Origin: a virus | Reading direction: 5' to 3' (one strand) | DNA length: 33,297 nt | Virus record (IMG/VR): IMGVR_UViG_3300009537_000089 | Location: 1-33,297 of that record | Part shown: piece by piece, positions 1 to 9,369 of the stretch | How positions within the stretch are numbered: position 1 is the first letter of the stretch | Layout: the number at the start of each line of letters is the position of its first letter | Position numbers and translations under genes: made by a program | The notes under the pieces: generated by a model | What the model saw: the letters and a program-made list of their open reading frames with translations, nothing else | The model's database searches: none | Told to the model about the DNA's origin: nothing

Positions 1-99
1 GTCGTGAAATTAGTTCCTAAATTTGGAACATTATAAACAGCGCCACCCTCGGCAACATTAGCTGGAGTGTTAAAGCCACCAGTGCCATTACCACCAGCA
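1..99. repeat. Terminal overlap: exact copy of 33199..33297 (circular-assembly overlap or terminal redundancy)
   Basis: Read directly: gtcgtgaaattagttcctaaatttggaaca...gtgccattaccaccagca occurs at both window ends, 99 nt, no mismatch. Confidence 0.95.
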
Positions 100-764
100 A
101 CACCATAAGCGCCACCACCGCCAGTTCCCCAACTACTAGCACTACCACTGGCATAAGCGCCACCACCGCCACCGCCGTTTCTAAAATATACATTAATAAG
201 GCCAGCGCCTAACTCACTATCACCTTGATAAGCTTGATTACCGCCGTTGTGTCCTTCACCCTTTGCAGTTAAGCCACCATTACTTATAACAACATCGCCT
301 TGCACTTTAATTTGTATATTACCTTGCACTGTAATAGCCGAGCCGTCAGATATAGTTAAACTAGTAAAATTTTTATCAGTAGTAAAAGTGTCAGCCCCAC
401 TAGCTACATAAGCCCCGTCGCTTCCGTCCCCTAAATCAGGCGCTAACAAGCGTTGGTATTTACCATTTGCAGTGTCAATATATCCAACATATTTACCAAC
501 ATAACTGCCAACAGGATAAGTGTTAGTTAAATTAACTTGCATTGTTAGCGTATTACTGGCAATACTAGCAATCTCAGCAGTTTCATAATTATCAAGGCCG
601 TCATATAAAATTATGCTTTCACCGACACTAAAATTACTGCCAGTAACAACATCAACATCTTTTTGCCCGCTACTAGCAGTATTTTGGACATTATCAATAA
701 GGCCGTCCCGTTTATCGGTGTTAGCAAATATGTCCGTAAATATGTTTGATAGACTTTGTGTCAT
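1..764 (-). CDS. Glycine-rich tail-fibre-like protein, N-terminal part (gene crosses the circular junction and continues at 33198..32232; about 576 aa in total)
   Basis: Own translation of the minus strand from ATG 764..762 (MTQSLSNIFTDIFANTDKRDGLIDNVQ...) stays open to base 1. Through the 99-nt overlap it is in frame with the ORF that ends at 32232. Contains GGGGG/GGxGG runs typical of phage fibres and lies in the tail-fibre region. Confidence 0.6.
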   Translation of the reverse strand, partial: MTQSLSNIFTDIFANTDKRDGLIDNVQNTASSGQKDVDVVTGSNFSVGESIILYDGLDNYETAEIASIASNTLTMQVNLTNTYPVGSYVGKYVGYIDTANGKYQRLLAPDLGDGSDGAYVASGADTFTTDKNFTSLTISDGSAITVQGNIQIKVQGDVVISNGGLTAKGEGHNGGNQAYQGDSELGAGLINVYFRNGGGGGGAYASGSASSWGTGGGGAYGVAGGNGTGGFNTPANVAEGGAVYNVPNLGTNFT

Positions 765-781
765 ATATTTTAAAGTAATTA

Positions 782-1219
782 TTAAGTGTAATAATAAAGT
801 GTGCCACTAAAATTAAGTGCGCTAGTTGTGCTACCATTCATTGTTACTGTTACCACACTGCCACTAATAGCAACGCCAATTTCATACCACAACCCAGCAG
901 CTTCACCGCGCCTATCAAAAGGCGACAGTTGCGCGTCAGCAGTTAATTGTGTTCTAAAGTTCCTATTGGTAAACGCAACACCACTAACAACCAAAACAAC
1001 CCTATTAGCATTACTTGGCAAAGTGCCAGTATCATTAATAGTAGTTGCACTGCCAGTAGCAGCACTAACCGCTTCACTGCTAATGTATTCCCACCTGTTA
1101 ATGTCGGGGTCAGTAAAAATCTCTATTATATTTTTATAAGCTTGGCGAATAGCTTTTGTTACATTGTTTACTTCAAACGCATAATGCTTATCGCCTCCAA
1201 CTTTATTATCTAATGACAT
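782..1219 (-). CDS. Hypothetical protein, tail-fibre module (145 aa)
   Basis: Intact ORF tightly packed between neighbouring fibre-region genes. No recognisable motif. Confidence 0.55.
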   Translation of the reverse strand: MSLDNKVGGDKHYAFEVNNVTKAIRQAYKNIIEIFTDPDINRWEYISSEAVSAATGSATTINDTGTLPSNANRVVLVVSGVAFTNRNFRTQLTADAQLSPFDRRGEAAGLWYEIGVAISGSVVTVTMNGSTTSALNFSGTLYYYT

Positions 1220-1230
1220 ATATTTTAATA

Positions 1231-1818
1231 TTAGTTAATAGTATATTGGCAACTAACAAACAAACTTTCACTTCCAGTCTTAGTCCAACCACCAGTTAAA
1301 ATATGGCTAAACAACTGGCCTGTATCAGCACCAGCCGTCCCGTCAATAAAATTACCAAACTCCTCATAAGTGCCACTGGTATCGCCAGCAGTGTAAAAAA
1401 AGTCAATAAACGCTACATTTTGGTCAAAAGTTTGACTGGCTGCAATTTTCCTAAATACTTCAGTGCCAAGTTGTGTATCATTATTATTAGGTGGTGTTGT
1501 GCTAGTGCCTAGCGCGCCATAATTTATTTCACCGCTATAAGTAGTATCGCCACTTAATAATCTAGCTAAAACTTCGCGTCCCTCGGTAGCAATAAGGTTA
1601 TTTTTTTCAAAAGCCCCTAATATAATGCGTTTACCAACTAACATTTCAAGCAAACTAGCGTCATTTGTTTTAATAGCTTGCCTAATTATATCCAAAACAT
1701 TTTTACCGTCAACAAGTGTTTTTTCAGTAATCCAGCCCGCAAGTTTAAAAACCCTAATAGTGCCTTTTACAAAAATAGGTTCTTTTATTGTTTTTTTAAT
1801 TTTTTTTATTTTAGGCAT
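1231..1818 (-). CDS. Hypothetical virion/baseplate-region protein (195 aa)
   Basis: Intact ORF directly after the large distal tail protein. No motif-level identification. Confidence 0.55.
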   Translation of the reverse strand: MPKIKKIKKTIKEPIFVKGTIRVFKLAGWITEKTLVDGKNVLDIIRQAIKTNDASLLEMLVGKRIILGAFEKNNLIATEGREVLARLLSGDTTYSGEINYGALGTSTTPPNNNDTQLGTEVFRKIAASQTFDQNVAFIDFFYTAGDTSGTYEEFGNFIDGTAGADTGQLFSHILTGGWTKTGSESLFVSCQYTIN

Positions 1819-1835
1819 AGTATTATATTTATTAT

Positions 1836-3968
1836 TTAATATAAAGTCATTGTATATGTTAAACGCCCCTCGCGTTTAGGGTCAGTTGGCCACGGACTTG
1901 GGACGTGTTTTGCCAATACCCAAATTGGTTCAGTATCAGGTCCTAACGGGTCTTTGTTAATAGTTTCAACAATGGTTAAACTTTGTATATCAGTAACAGC
2001 AGTAACAGCTTCAATAAATTCAGTAATAGTTACAGTTTGTATATCAGTTTTAATAATTTCGCCAACCTCAGCGTCATTAGCTTGCACGCTTTCAGGTTCA
2101 ACCAAGCTACGCAACAACTCAATTAAACCATAACGCCTTGTTGTAATTAATCTAACATTATAACTAAACTCTGTTGGTGTTAATGTTTGAAAAACTACTT
2201 TATGTATAATAAAATCAAGGTCAAAATCACGCTCAACACTATCAACATTAATTACCATTCCAGTCCTTAAACCACTAGTATAAGTTTTAAAATTAATATC
2301 ACTAACTTCACTTGCATAAGTTTCCAGTTCAGCAATAGCCCGTTGCCTAGCAACATCTAAATCCTCAATAGTAGTATCCCTAATAATTTTCTCGCGTAAG
2401 CCAAATCGTGCAATACTGACACTATCACTACTAATAGCCAATACAGGTATTTTAGGGTTGCCACTAAATCTTATTTCATCAGCGTCAGCTAACGGGTTTT
2501 CCCACCTTATAATTTTTTCCTCAAAATTAAATAATACATCTTTTGTAGTAAAATCATCTATGTTATCAATACCAACTGTTTGGCTAACAAACCCACTACC
2601 AGTGTCTAACTCAACTGTTAAATTGTCAAACTTATACGGCAAATTAAAACTTTTACTATTATCGCCTGATACTGTAATTATATCAGTAAAAGTCGCGCCA
2701 TCAAATTCACCGCCCCTAACTAACACTTGGTTAGCTATTTGCGTGCCGTCAATTTTACGCTTTAAACTTTTATAAACATAATTACCACTGTCATCTTCCA
2801 AATCATAAGGCGCACTAACAGTAAACTTAGGGAAGAAGTGCAAATCCTTTTCAGGGTCAACAAACCACTCATATTTAACTATATTACTTAACCGCCTTAA
2901 ACAAGCAGTAATTGGCACTTGATTAAACACTATCTTATCTATTACAAAGTCGCTAATAACATTATCGGTAGTAAACCCGCTTGGCGCATAATTATCAATA
3001 ATGTCTTCAATAATTTCCTTAATAGTTAGCCCCTCATAACTTTCAGCAACAAGCCTATTTTCAAGGTCAAACTGGTAATCACTTAACTTAACATTGTAAA
3101 CAACACCTTTGGCAGCCTCAACAGTTTCGCCTAAATCAGTAATACTACCGCCAAATATTATAGTGCTACCGTCCTTAATTTGTAGCTCGTCATCAACTGC
3201 TGGTTTATAATCCCTATCGCCATAATACCTAGTCATAAATTCAGCCCTATCAACTTGGCTTGTTAAGTTTTGTGATACTTTAAGCGTTGGCCAGTTAATA
3301 ACATCACTAATATCTTCTAGGTTGCCAGCATTAGCACTTAAAAAAGTAATTTCAGTTTGCGTTAATTCACGCTCGTATATTTGCATATCATCTAGCTGGC
3401 CATTAAAATATTCGCTAGCATTACCGCGTTGCGCCAACCATAAATCGCCAATAAAGTTGCGCCAGTTATCGTCACTAAAACTACCACTGCCAACCAAATT
3501 ACCGTCAATATAAAACTTATTTTCAAGGTCTTCGGCAATAACAGCAACACAATGATACCATTGCCCAGCGCTAATTGCGGTTGGATATAAACTAGTATCA
3601 TTGTTGCCAGTATCGTCAAAAATCTCGACATTGCCCGCGTTAATACGCACACCCCAGCCATTACTAGTATTTAAAAACTTATTAACTAACATTTGTTGGC
3701 CAGTAGTTACAGTGGCCTTAAACCAAAAGCTTATACTAACAACGCCAATATCGTAATTGTGCGTATTTTGGACTGCTTGATTGCTTCCATTAAAATTTAA
3801 AGCATTGCCAAACTTTCCAGCTACCCAACTTGGGGTGTTTATCAAAGTGCCGTTATACTCATTTTTAGTCCTGTCAAGTAAACTGCTTCCTGTTGTTTGG
3901 TTAAAATCATAATAAGTGATTAAATCTTTGAATACTTTATTTACAGTAATCATATTATATAAAGTCAA
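1836..3968 (-). CDS. Distal tail / baseplate protein with N-terminal LamG-like (concanavalin-A-like lectin) domain (710 aa)
   Basis: N-terminus YYDFNQTTGSSLLDRTKNEYNGTLINTPSWVAGKFGNALNFNGSNQ...ISFWFK...GWGVRI...GQWYHCV is the classic LamG pattern. First gene after the tape measure, overlapping its stop by 14 nt. Confidence 0.6.
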   Translation of the reverse strand: MTLYNMITVNKVFKDLITYYDFNQTTGSSLLDRTKNEYNGTLINTPSWVAGKFGNALNFNGSNQAVQNTHNYDIGVVSISFWFKATVTTGQQMLVNKFLNTSNGWGVRINAGNVEIFDDTGNNDTSLYPTAISAGQWYHCVAVIAEDLENKFYIDGNLVGSGSFSDDNWRNFIGDLWLAQRGNASEYFNGQLDDMQIYERELTQTEITFLSANAGNLEDISDVINWPTLKVSQNLTSQVDRAEFMTRYYGDRDYKPAVDDELQIKDGSTIIFGGSITDLGETVEAAKGVVYNVKLSDYQFDLENRLVAESYEGLTIKEIIEDIIDNYAPSGFTTDNVISDFVIDKIVFNQVPITACLRRLSNIVKYEWFVDPEKDLHFFPKFTVSAPYDLEDDSGNYVYKSLKRKIDGTQIANQVLVRGGEFDGATFTDIITVSGDNSKSFNLPYKFDNLTVELDTGSGFVSQTVGIDNIDDFTTKDVLFNFEEKIIRWENPLADADEIRFSGNPKIPVLAISSDSVSIARFGLREKIIRDTTIEDLDVARQRAIAELETYASEVSDINFKTYTSGLRTGMVINVDSVERDFDLDFIIHKVVFQTLTPTEFSYNVRLITTRRYGLIELLRSLVEPESVQANDAEVGEIIKTDIQTVTITEFIEAVTAVTDIQSLTIVETINKDPLGPDTEPIWVLAKHVPSPWPTDPKREGRLTYTMTLY

Positions 3969-5841
3969 GTTTTTGGTTAGGCCTTAATGCGTTCATAATA
4001 CCTTGTTGCACTTTTTCTATTAAATCCTCACCACTAATGTCGCCATTAACAGTTATATTTACAACAGTGCCTAGGCTTCCCATTTTATTTAATGGTATTA
4101 CAGCCTCAGGTCCAGCTTCGCCTATCTCAGCAATAGTTGGCGCAGTTACAATACCGCCCTTGGCTAACCTTGGTATATTAGGCAAATTAGGTAACGCTTT
4201 GCCAAATTTCCCAGCTTTATTTTTAATTTCATTAATTAAATTTATAAATTTATTAATTTTATCTATTATAAAGTTAATAATATTCCTAACAGTGTTTTTT
4301 ATAACTTCCGCAGCGCCAACAGCTACATTTTTAACACCCTCCCAAAGTGCTTTCCAAGCTGCTACAACTGGGTCTTTTACTTCCTTAAATATCTTTTTTA
4401 TAAACAAAACACCAGTATTAATAGCATTGCCAATCTTTTCCCAAATAGGCGTAAAAAAGTCTATTATACTTTGCCAAATTTCAGTCCAAATTTGCAATAT
4501 AAAATTCAAAGTTTCCTCAATAAACACTTTAAGTTCTTCCCAAATAATTCTAAAAAAGTCTGATACAGCTTGCCAAGTTTCACGCCATTGCGGGAATAAT
4601 GTATCAAGCAACATAACAAAAGCGCCAAGCACTAATGCTATCCAAATTTTAATAACAAGTAATATAGCGTCAAAAATCATCTTAAAAAATTCACTCATAG
4701 CAGTAAAAACAGTTATAGCCGTCTGTTTAATACTATTCCAAACGCCACCTAAAAAATCAGCAATAAAAGTCCAAATTTCAAGGGCTTTGCCTTTTATAAA
4801 TTCCCACTTAGCAACTAACAATACAATGGCTGCTATTACAGCTATAATGGCAATAACAATTAAACCAATAGGACTTAACAATAAAGTAAAACCTGTAATA
4901 ACTGCTGGCAATACTAATCCTAACGCGCCAACAACAGTAACCAATATTGCGAGCCCCGAAGCAACAGCAACAATGGTTTTTATAAGTTCTGGGTTTTCTT
5001 GCGCCCAAGCTGCAATTTTATTTATAACTGGTAATAACTTTTTTAATAAACTGTCAATAATTGGTAAAAATGCTTTACCAATAGCTTCTTTAGCTTCAAT
5101 TATAGTAGCGTTAAGTTCCTGTTGTCGCCTAATAAAACTGTCATTGTTTTCCTCAAAACCATTAATAGCGTCAGCAGATTGTTTTGTTGCCTGTATTAAC
5201 AAGGCCTCAGCTTGCACGGCACTAGCAATAGCGGGGTCTAAGTCCTTAAAACTTTGCCCAACCTCTAATAGCCCAGCGTCAAGCGCAGTAGCTTCCAATG
5301 CAGTAATTCTAGCGTCAATACCAAAAGCCCTAAGCGGTTCACTACTACCAACCAAACCCGACCTAAAAGCTTCTAAAACACGGCTAGGGTCTTCGTCATT
5401 AAACGCTGCAATTTTATTTGCCAGCACAATAGTTTCTTTTGACAAATCCTTAGCTTTATCACGGCTAAGACCCATTGGCACTAATAAATCCTGTAAACCC
5501 GCAGCCATAGATATAATTTCAGTTTTAGCGCTAGGCATTTCTTTTCTAACCTCATCAACAAAATTTAACATTTCGTCAGTGCTTTCACCAAACACTGTTT
5601 TAAACTTAGCCATTGCACCCTCAGCGACCGCAGCCTTTTGGACAGTGTCATTAATACCCAAACCAATGGCAGTCAATGCAGCCGTGCCACCAATAGCCAG
5701 CTTAGTAAAAGTTGGCTTCATTTTTTGCAGTTTACCACTAAAACCTTTTAATTGCGCACTGGCTTGGTCTTTTAATGATAAAATGATTTGTAAGTCGCGC
5801 TCGGCCATATTATTTATGTTTCCTTTGTTCTGCTTTTTCAA
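3955..5841 (-). CDS. Tail tape measure protein (628 aa)
   Basis: N-terminal core (AVAEGAMAKFKTVFGES...AAGLQDLLVPMGL...LRAFGIDA) resembles TP901-type tape-measure cores. Long helical/hydrophobic middle; follows the chaperone pair. ATG at 5808 (MAERDLQ...) is an alternative start just after the upstream stop. Confidence 0.85.
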   Translation of the reverse strand: MKKQNKGNINNMAERDLQIILSLKDQASAQLKGFSGKLQKMKPTFTKLAIGGTAALTAIGLGINDTVQKAAVAEGAMAKFKTVFGESTDEMLNFVDEVRKEMPSAKTEIISMAAGLQDLLVPMGLSRDKAKDLSKETIVLANKIAAFNDEDPSRVLEAFRSGLVGSSEPLRAFGIDARITALEATALDAGLLEVGQSFKDLDPAIASAVQAEALLIQATKQSADAINGFEENNDSFIRRQQELNATIIEAKEAIGKAFLPIIDSLLKKLLPVINKIAAWAQENPELIKTIVAVASGLAILVTVVGALGLVLPAVITGFTLLLSPIGLIVIAIIAVIAAIVLLVAKWEFIKGKALEIWTFIADFLGGVWNSIKQTAITVFTAMSEFFKMIFDAILLVIKIWIALVLGAFVMLLDTLFPQWRETWQAVSDFFRIIWEELKVFIEETLNFILQIWTEIWQSIIDFFTPIWEKIGNAINTGVLFIKKIFKEVKDPVVAAWKALWEGVKNVAVGAAEVIKNTVRNIINFIIDKINKFINLINEIKNKAGKFGKALPNLPNIPRLAKGGIVTAPTIAEIGEAGPEAVIPLNKMGSLGTVVNITVNGDISGEDLIEKVQQGIMNALRPNQKLDFI

Positions 5842-6016
5842 GCAAATTTTTTATGCTAACAATATGCAAGTAATTAGTTAAAGTAAAATAGTCCTCATCA
5901 TCAATTTCGCTTGGCAACCAGCCATAACGGTCGCTTAATGCTTCGTAAATAACAATCTTGTCAGGTGTTTTTTTACCTTGCAACATTAACCGCCAATCAG
6001 TCAGTTGGTCTTGCAA
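5810..6016 (-). CDS. Tail assembly chaperone, -1 frame extension (gpT-like part, probably made only as a G-T fusion)
   Basis: The ORF lies in the -1 frame relative to 6022..6372 and stays open back through the A9 run. Its listed start is TTG. Position is between the tail tube and tape measure genes. Confidence 0.6.
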   Translation of the reverse strand: MQDQLTDWRLMLQGKKTPDKIVIYEALSDRYGWLPSEIDDEDYFTLTNYLHIVSIKNLLEKAEQRKHK

Positions 6017-6021
6017 ATCAG

Positions 6022-6372
6022 CTATTTTTTTTTAGTAATTTGTGCAACATCATCAACTTCGGCAAACAGCTTATCGCCGTCATCAACTTCAAGATTATTC
6101 ATCCAGTCACGGCTAAATTGTTTTTTCTTATCACCTTCAATAATTTCAACAATTACTAACTCTAACGCTTTATATTTAGCTTCCTGTAAAACGCTAGCGT
6201 CAAAATCTATTGACGGTTCTTTGGCAGTAGCTTTCGGATTAACTTCAGCTACGGCTTGGTTAAACTTAGCCCCGCTCATTAATACGCTTTGTAGCGTTTC
6301 TTTATCACCCCAAGTGATACCAGTTTTAATAACCACATCACAACTTGATAATTTGACGATTTTTGTCTGCAT
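6022..6372 (-). CDS. Tail assembly chaperone (gpG-like, 116 aa)
   Basis: Small acidic protein between the major tail and tape measure genes. Ends ...ITKKK-TAG on an A9 run. Confidence 0.65.
   Translation of the reverse strand: MQTKIVKLSSCDVVIKTGITWGDKETLQSVLMSGAKFNQAVAEVNPKATAKEPSIDFDASVLQEAKYKALELVIVEIIEGDKKKQFSRDWMNNLEVDDGDKLFAEVDDVAQITKKK
6025..6033 (-). other. Slippery A9 run (ACU AAA AAA AAA UAG) for programmed -1 frameshift
   Basis: Plus strand shows T9 at 6025..6033. After a -1 slip the reading frame continues ATA GCT GAT TTG... into the 5810..6016 ORF with no stop. Confidence 0.55.
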
Positions 6373-6389
6373 AATATTTTATTTAATTA

Positions 6390-7379
6390 TTAATCGCTAA
6401 TAGGTGTGTCGTATTCAACAGTTAAATTCTGTAAATCAATCTCAAGCATTTTGCCGTCAACTTCATTAAAATAACTTTTAAACTCAATAGGTTCGTTTAC
6501 TAATTCATCAGTAGCATCTTCTCTATTCCAGTTTTTAATAGCAGTTCGGTTTAAGGTTATAACTAATTCAGGATTGTTGCCACCGCCAATATCAGCATTA
6601 CCAATAATACTAACGCGCATATATTTATATGTATCAGCAGTATACAAATCTTGAAAAGTTGTATCCTTATAATTAAGACTAAAACTGCCCTCAATACCAG
6701 CTTTGGCATTATAAATATCATCAGGCTCATATTGACCTAAAATATGGTCCATAATTAAACCTTGGTCAAAAGTTACTGTAATATCTTTTGCTTTAACTGG
6801 CGTTGCGCTATTAAGCCCAGCCAAACTATCAGCAAATCTAACTAAAACCTCTTTGCCAACAAAATCGTAGTGTGTAGCATAACTAGGTGTATCACTGTTA
6901 GCTCCAGCCTCTTTGGCCATTATGGACGCAGTAAATTTAACATAATCGTCAACAACAGCAGTTAATTCAAAGGTGTTTACCATACCATTGCTATAACTTT
7001 GCTGGTCAACATTCCCGTCTTTCGCAAAAAAGGTTAAACTAGGGTGTTGTATACTAGTAACTAAGCTAAAAGTGTGTCGGTATACACTACCAGATACATT
7101 AACACTACTAACACCGCCTAATAGGTTATAAATTAAGTAGCCTATTTGGTCAGCGTGGACATTACCTTCTAAATCACCCTCAATCCACTTTTTAACAAGA
7201 CGAGTGCCTAAGCTATCGCTCAATACATTGCGAGTGCTTTCATCGTCTTTTTTCTCTGCCCGTGGTGTAATATTGGCAGATATTTTTTTAAACCACGCTT
7301 CCGCGGTCAGTTGGGCTACACCGCGCACTTTTTCTACGCCTACGCCCAACTCAATTTGTTTACCAATTATTTCTGACAT
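6390..7379 (-). CDS. Major tail (tube) protein candidate (329 aa)
   Basis: Call by position: lies between the head-tail joining genes and the G/GT chaperones. No motif-level identification. Confidence 0.6.
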   Translation of the reverse strand: MSEIIGKQIELGVGVEKVRGVAQLTAEAWFKKISANITPRAEKKDDESTRNVLSDSLGTRLVKKWIEGDLEGNVHADQIGYLIYNLLGGVSSVNVSGSVYRHTFSLVTSIQHPSLTFFAKDGNVDQQSYSNGMVNTFELTAVVDDYVKFTASIMAKEAGANSDTPSYATHYDFVGKEVLVRFADSLAGLNSATPVKAKDITVTFDQGLIMDHILGQYEPDDIYNAKAGIEGSFSLNYKDTTFQDLYTADTYKYMRVSIIGNADIGGGNNPELVITLNRTAIKNWNREDATDELVNEPIEFKSYFNEVDGKMLEIDLQNLTVEYDTPISD

Positions 7380-7405
7380 AAATTTGTAAATTAATTATTA
7401 ATTAT

Positions 7406-7825
7406 TTAATTATCATCAGCAAATTTAATTGCTAATAGTAAATCAGCGTATATAATTTGGCCACTAGGTAATTCGTCAAAATCCCAGTCGCCACTTGTTA
7501 TCCTATACCAAATTTGGTGTCCACCAATAACGCCTCCGTCCCAATCAGCGTCAAACTTAGCAATAATAGCGTCAACAGTTGGCGCAAGTATTTCAAGTAG
7601 TGCAGTTTTTTTGTCTTTTATTTTAGTTTCAGCAAACACCCTAACTCTAAAATTATATTCCTTAAAGTTTTCGTTATTGGTTAAAAAGGTGTTTTCAAAA
7701 GCCAAAGGCGTAAATACTGCACACGGGTAGCCCTGTATTTCACTTATATTATACGGATATACTTTTGATAACTCACTCACCCCGTCTAATACTGTTTGTA
7801 TATTTGTAATTAATGTTGCCCACAT
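7406..7825 (-). CDS. Tail terminator / tail completion protein candidate (139 aa)
   Basis: Synteny only: last small gene before the tail tube gene. Confidence 0.4.
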   Translation of the reverse strand: MWATLITNIQTVLDGVSELSKVYPYNISEIQGYPCAVFTPLAFENTFLTNNENFKEYNFRVRVFAETKIKDKKTALLEILAPTVDAIIAKFDADWDGGVIGGHQIWYRITSGDWDFDELPSGQIIYADLLLAIKFADDN

Positions 7826-7826
7826 A

Positions 7827-8261
7827 TTATTTAGCTAAATTTTTAATAACATTAGTTCTTAATTTATCCTGTAAAACCATTATTGCTGGCTTTGATTTTT
7901 TAAACGCGTGGAATAGCCACGGCCTTGATTTAACACCAGTGCGCCTATTAACCTCACCAAATCCGCGTCCGTGGACATATTTACTATAAGGCACTTTTTC
8001 AGTATCAACGCCAATTATCATTTTCCAAGGGAATAACTCAAGCCGTTCCCACTTTTGCCGTAAATTACCCTTATCAACTGGCACACCGCCACCACCACTA
8101 CCAACGCCCCACGGGTTGCGTTGTGTTTGGCGTATAATTAACACACGACTTTTAACAAAATATTTTTTAGTTTCAGTAGCAACAACGCTAGGGTTTTTTT
8201 TAATAGCCTTTATAAACTCCTTAGCGCCTTTCATTTTTATATTAAACGCACTTTTGGCCAT
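7827..8261 (-). CDS. Head-tail joining protein, HK97 gp10-like (144 aa)
   Basis: Size, position and N-terminus (MAKSAFNIKMKGAKEFIKAIKKNP...) resemble HK97 gp10-family proteins. Confidence 0.5.
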   Translation of the reverse strand: MAKSAFNIKMKGAKEFIKAIKKNPSVVATETKKYFVKSRVLIIRQTQRNPWGVGSGGGGVPVDKGNLRQKWERLELFPWKMIIGVDTEKVPYSKYVHGRGFGEVNRRTGVKSRPWLFHAFKKSKPAIMVLQDKLRTNVIKNLAK

Positions 8262-8265
8262 AGGT

Positions 8266-8601
8266 TTATATGCTAGCTGGTTCGTTAATATTACGCTCGC
8301 ATTGCAATTCTAAGTGTATATTATCACCGCTTGCAAAGTTCTCCTGTATAGTTCGGACATAATAAGTTTGGTTATCTGACTGGTCAATAAGCAAATCACC
8401 CTCTAAAACATCTGTATCAGGCGCACACCAAACTATAAACGAGTGTGTCCAACTGGTTGCTAAATACTCTTGCATTTCAGGTCCAGCTTGTTGCAAGTGG
8501 CCGTCAAAACTACCCGCAACTTCCAAATCACTTTTATTACCAGTGTATACTTCCCGTTTAACAGTAAAAGTTTTAGTATACCATTTGTTAATTTCGGTCA
8601 T
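8266..8601 (-). CDS. Head closure / head-tail adaptor protein candidate (111 aa)
   Basis: Synteny; overlaps the upstream gene by 4 nt. Confidence 0.45.
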   Translation of the reverse strand: MTEINKWYTKTFTVKREVYTGNKSDLEVAGSFDGHLQQAGPEMQEYLATSWTHSFIVWCAPDTDVLEGDLLIDQSDNQTYYVRTIQENFASGDNIHLELQCERNINEPASI

Positions 8602-9221
8602 AATGCGTAGCGTTTATATTTATTAATTATAGCTAATGCTCGTTTATAACTTGCCCAAGTGCCACTAGTGCTACTCGTGCCAACATCATAAGCCACACTG
8701 TAATTGCCTATTTTTTCACTCTTAATATCACCACTGCCAGCAGAACCGCCACGCTCGGCGTTATACATTCCACCAGCAATAACAGTTGCAGCAAAACTAA
8801 TATCATCAGGCGCAGTTTCACTATATCCCCACTTGCCCTCAATTTTTTGGTTGTTAATACCTTTTATAAAATTATAACCGCGCAATACTATTTTACTTGC
8901 TGGCCGTCCACGCTCGTTGTAGTTTTCAGGTTGTAGCCAATAACCAGCGCTTTGTGTTGGGCTAATAGCGTCAATTTCAGTAAAACTACCGCCATAATCG
9001 TCATCGCCAATTTCAACTTTGCTTATATCAATAGCATAATCAATTAATAAAGCATTACCACCGCAAGCGTTAAAGTAGCGTGTTTCAGGGTCAGTGGCTT
9101 CAAAGGTTGTGCCAGTTATATTATCAATAATATCTTTTGCAGCGTCAATAAAAAAGTCAATATCTTCACTAATGGTTTTATTTAAAAATAATTCTATTTT
9201 TGCTTTGTCTGTATAAGACAT
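8598..9221 (-). CDS. Head-tail connector, gp6-like N-terminus with C-terminal extension (207 aa)
   Basis: N-terminus MSYTDKAKIELFLNKTISEDIDFFIDAAKDIIDNITG fits the gp6-like connector pattern. Lies downstream of the capsid gene. Confidence 0.5.
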   Translation of the reverse strand: MSYTDKAKIELFLNKTISEDIDFFIDAAKDIIDNITGTTFEATDPETRYFNACGGNALLIDYAIDISKVEIGDDDYGGSFTEIDAISPTQSAGYWLQPENYNERGRPASKIVLRGYNFIKGINNQKIEGKWGYSETAPDDISFAATVIAGGMYNAERGGSAGSGDIKSEKIGNYSVAYDVGTSSTSGTWASYKRALAIINKYKRYAL

Positions 9222-9225
9222 AAAT

Positions 9226-9369
9226 TTATTTTTTAATTACTTTATTATCGTTATTGGTAATTTGCCCACTTTTAACTCCCACTACTAACCTTAAATTTGG
9301 ATTATTAAGTGGCTTATCGCTATAAACCTTTGCTCCGTTTATTTTGTTTGTGTATACAAATTTTTTCAT
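9226..9369 (-). CDS. Small ORF (47 aa) between capsid and connector genes
   Basis: Own translation: MKKFVYTNKINGAKVYSDKPLNNPNLRLVVGVKSGQITNNDNKVIKK. Below the size cut-off of the ORF track; no homology evidence. Confidence 0.3.
   Translation of the reverse strand: MKKFVYTNKINGAKVYSDKPLNNPNLRLVVGVKSGQITNNDNKVIKK

Noticed and set aside
1-300. CRISPR-like or tandem repeats in the GC-richer ends of the window
   Set aside because: The periodicity comes from GGN/GCN codons of the glycine-rich fibre gene on the minus strand. There is no repeat-spacer architecture and there are no cas genes.
3955-3975. AAAAACTTGAC match to the extended promoter motif at the tape-measure / distal-tail junction
   Set aside because: The -35-like TTGACT is followed by TATAAT after only 3 nt, so the spacing is incompatible with a promoter. 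The sequence is coding on both sides of the gene overlap.
4037-5881. 614-aa plus-strand ORF, the second-longest ORF class in the window
   Set aside because: It is the exact antisense of the well-supported tape measure gene. Its translation is low-complexity (Ser/Ile/Ala/Leu-rich) with no motif. It is a typical shadow ORF caused by codon bias in an AT-rich genome.
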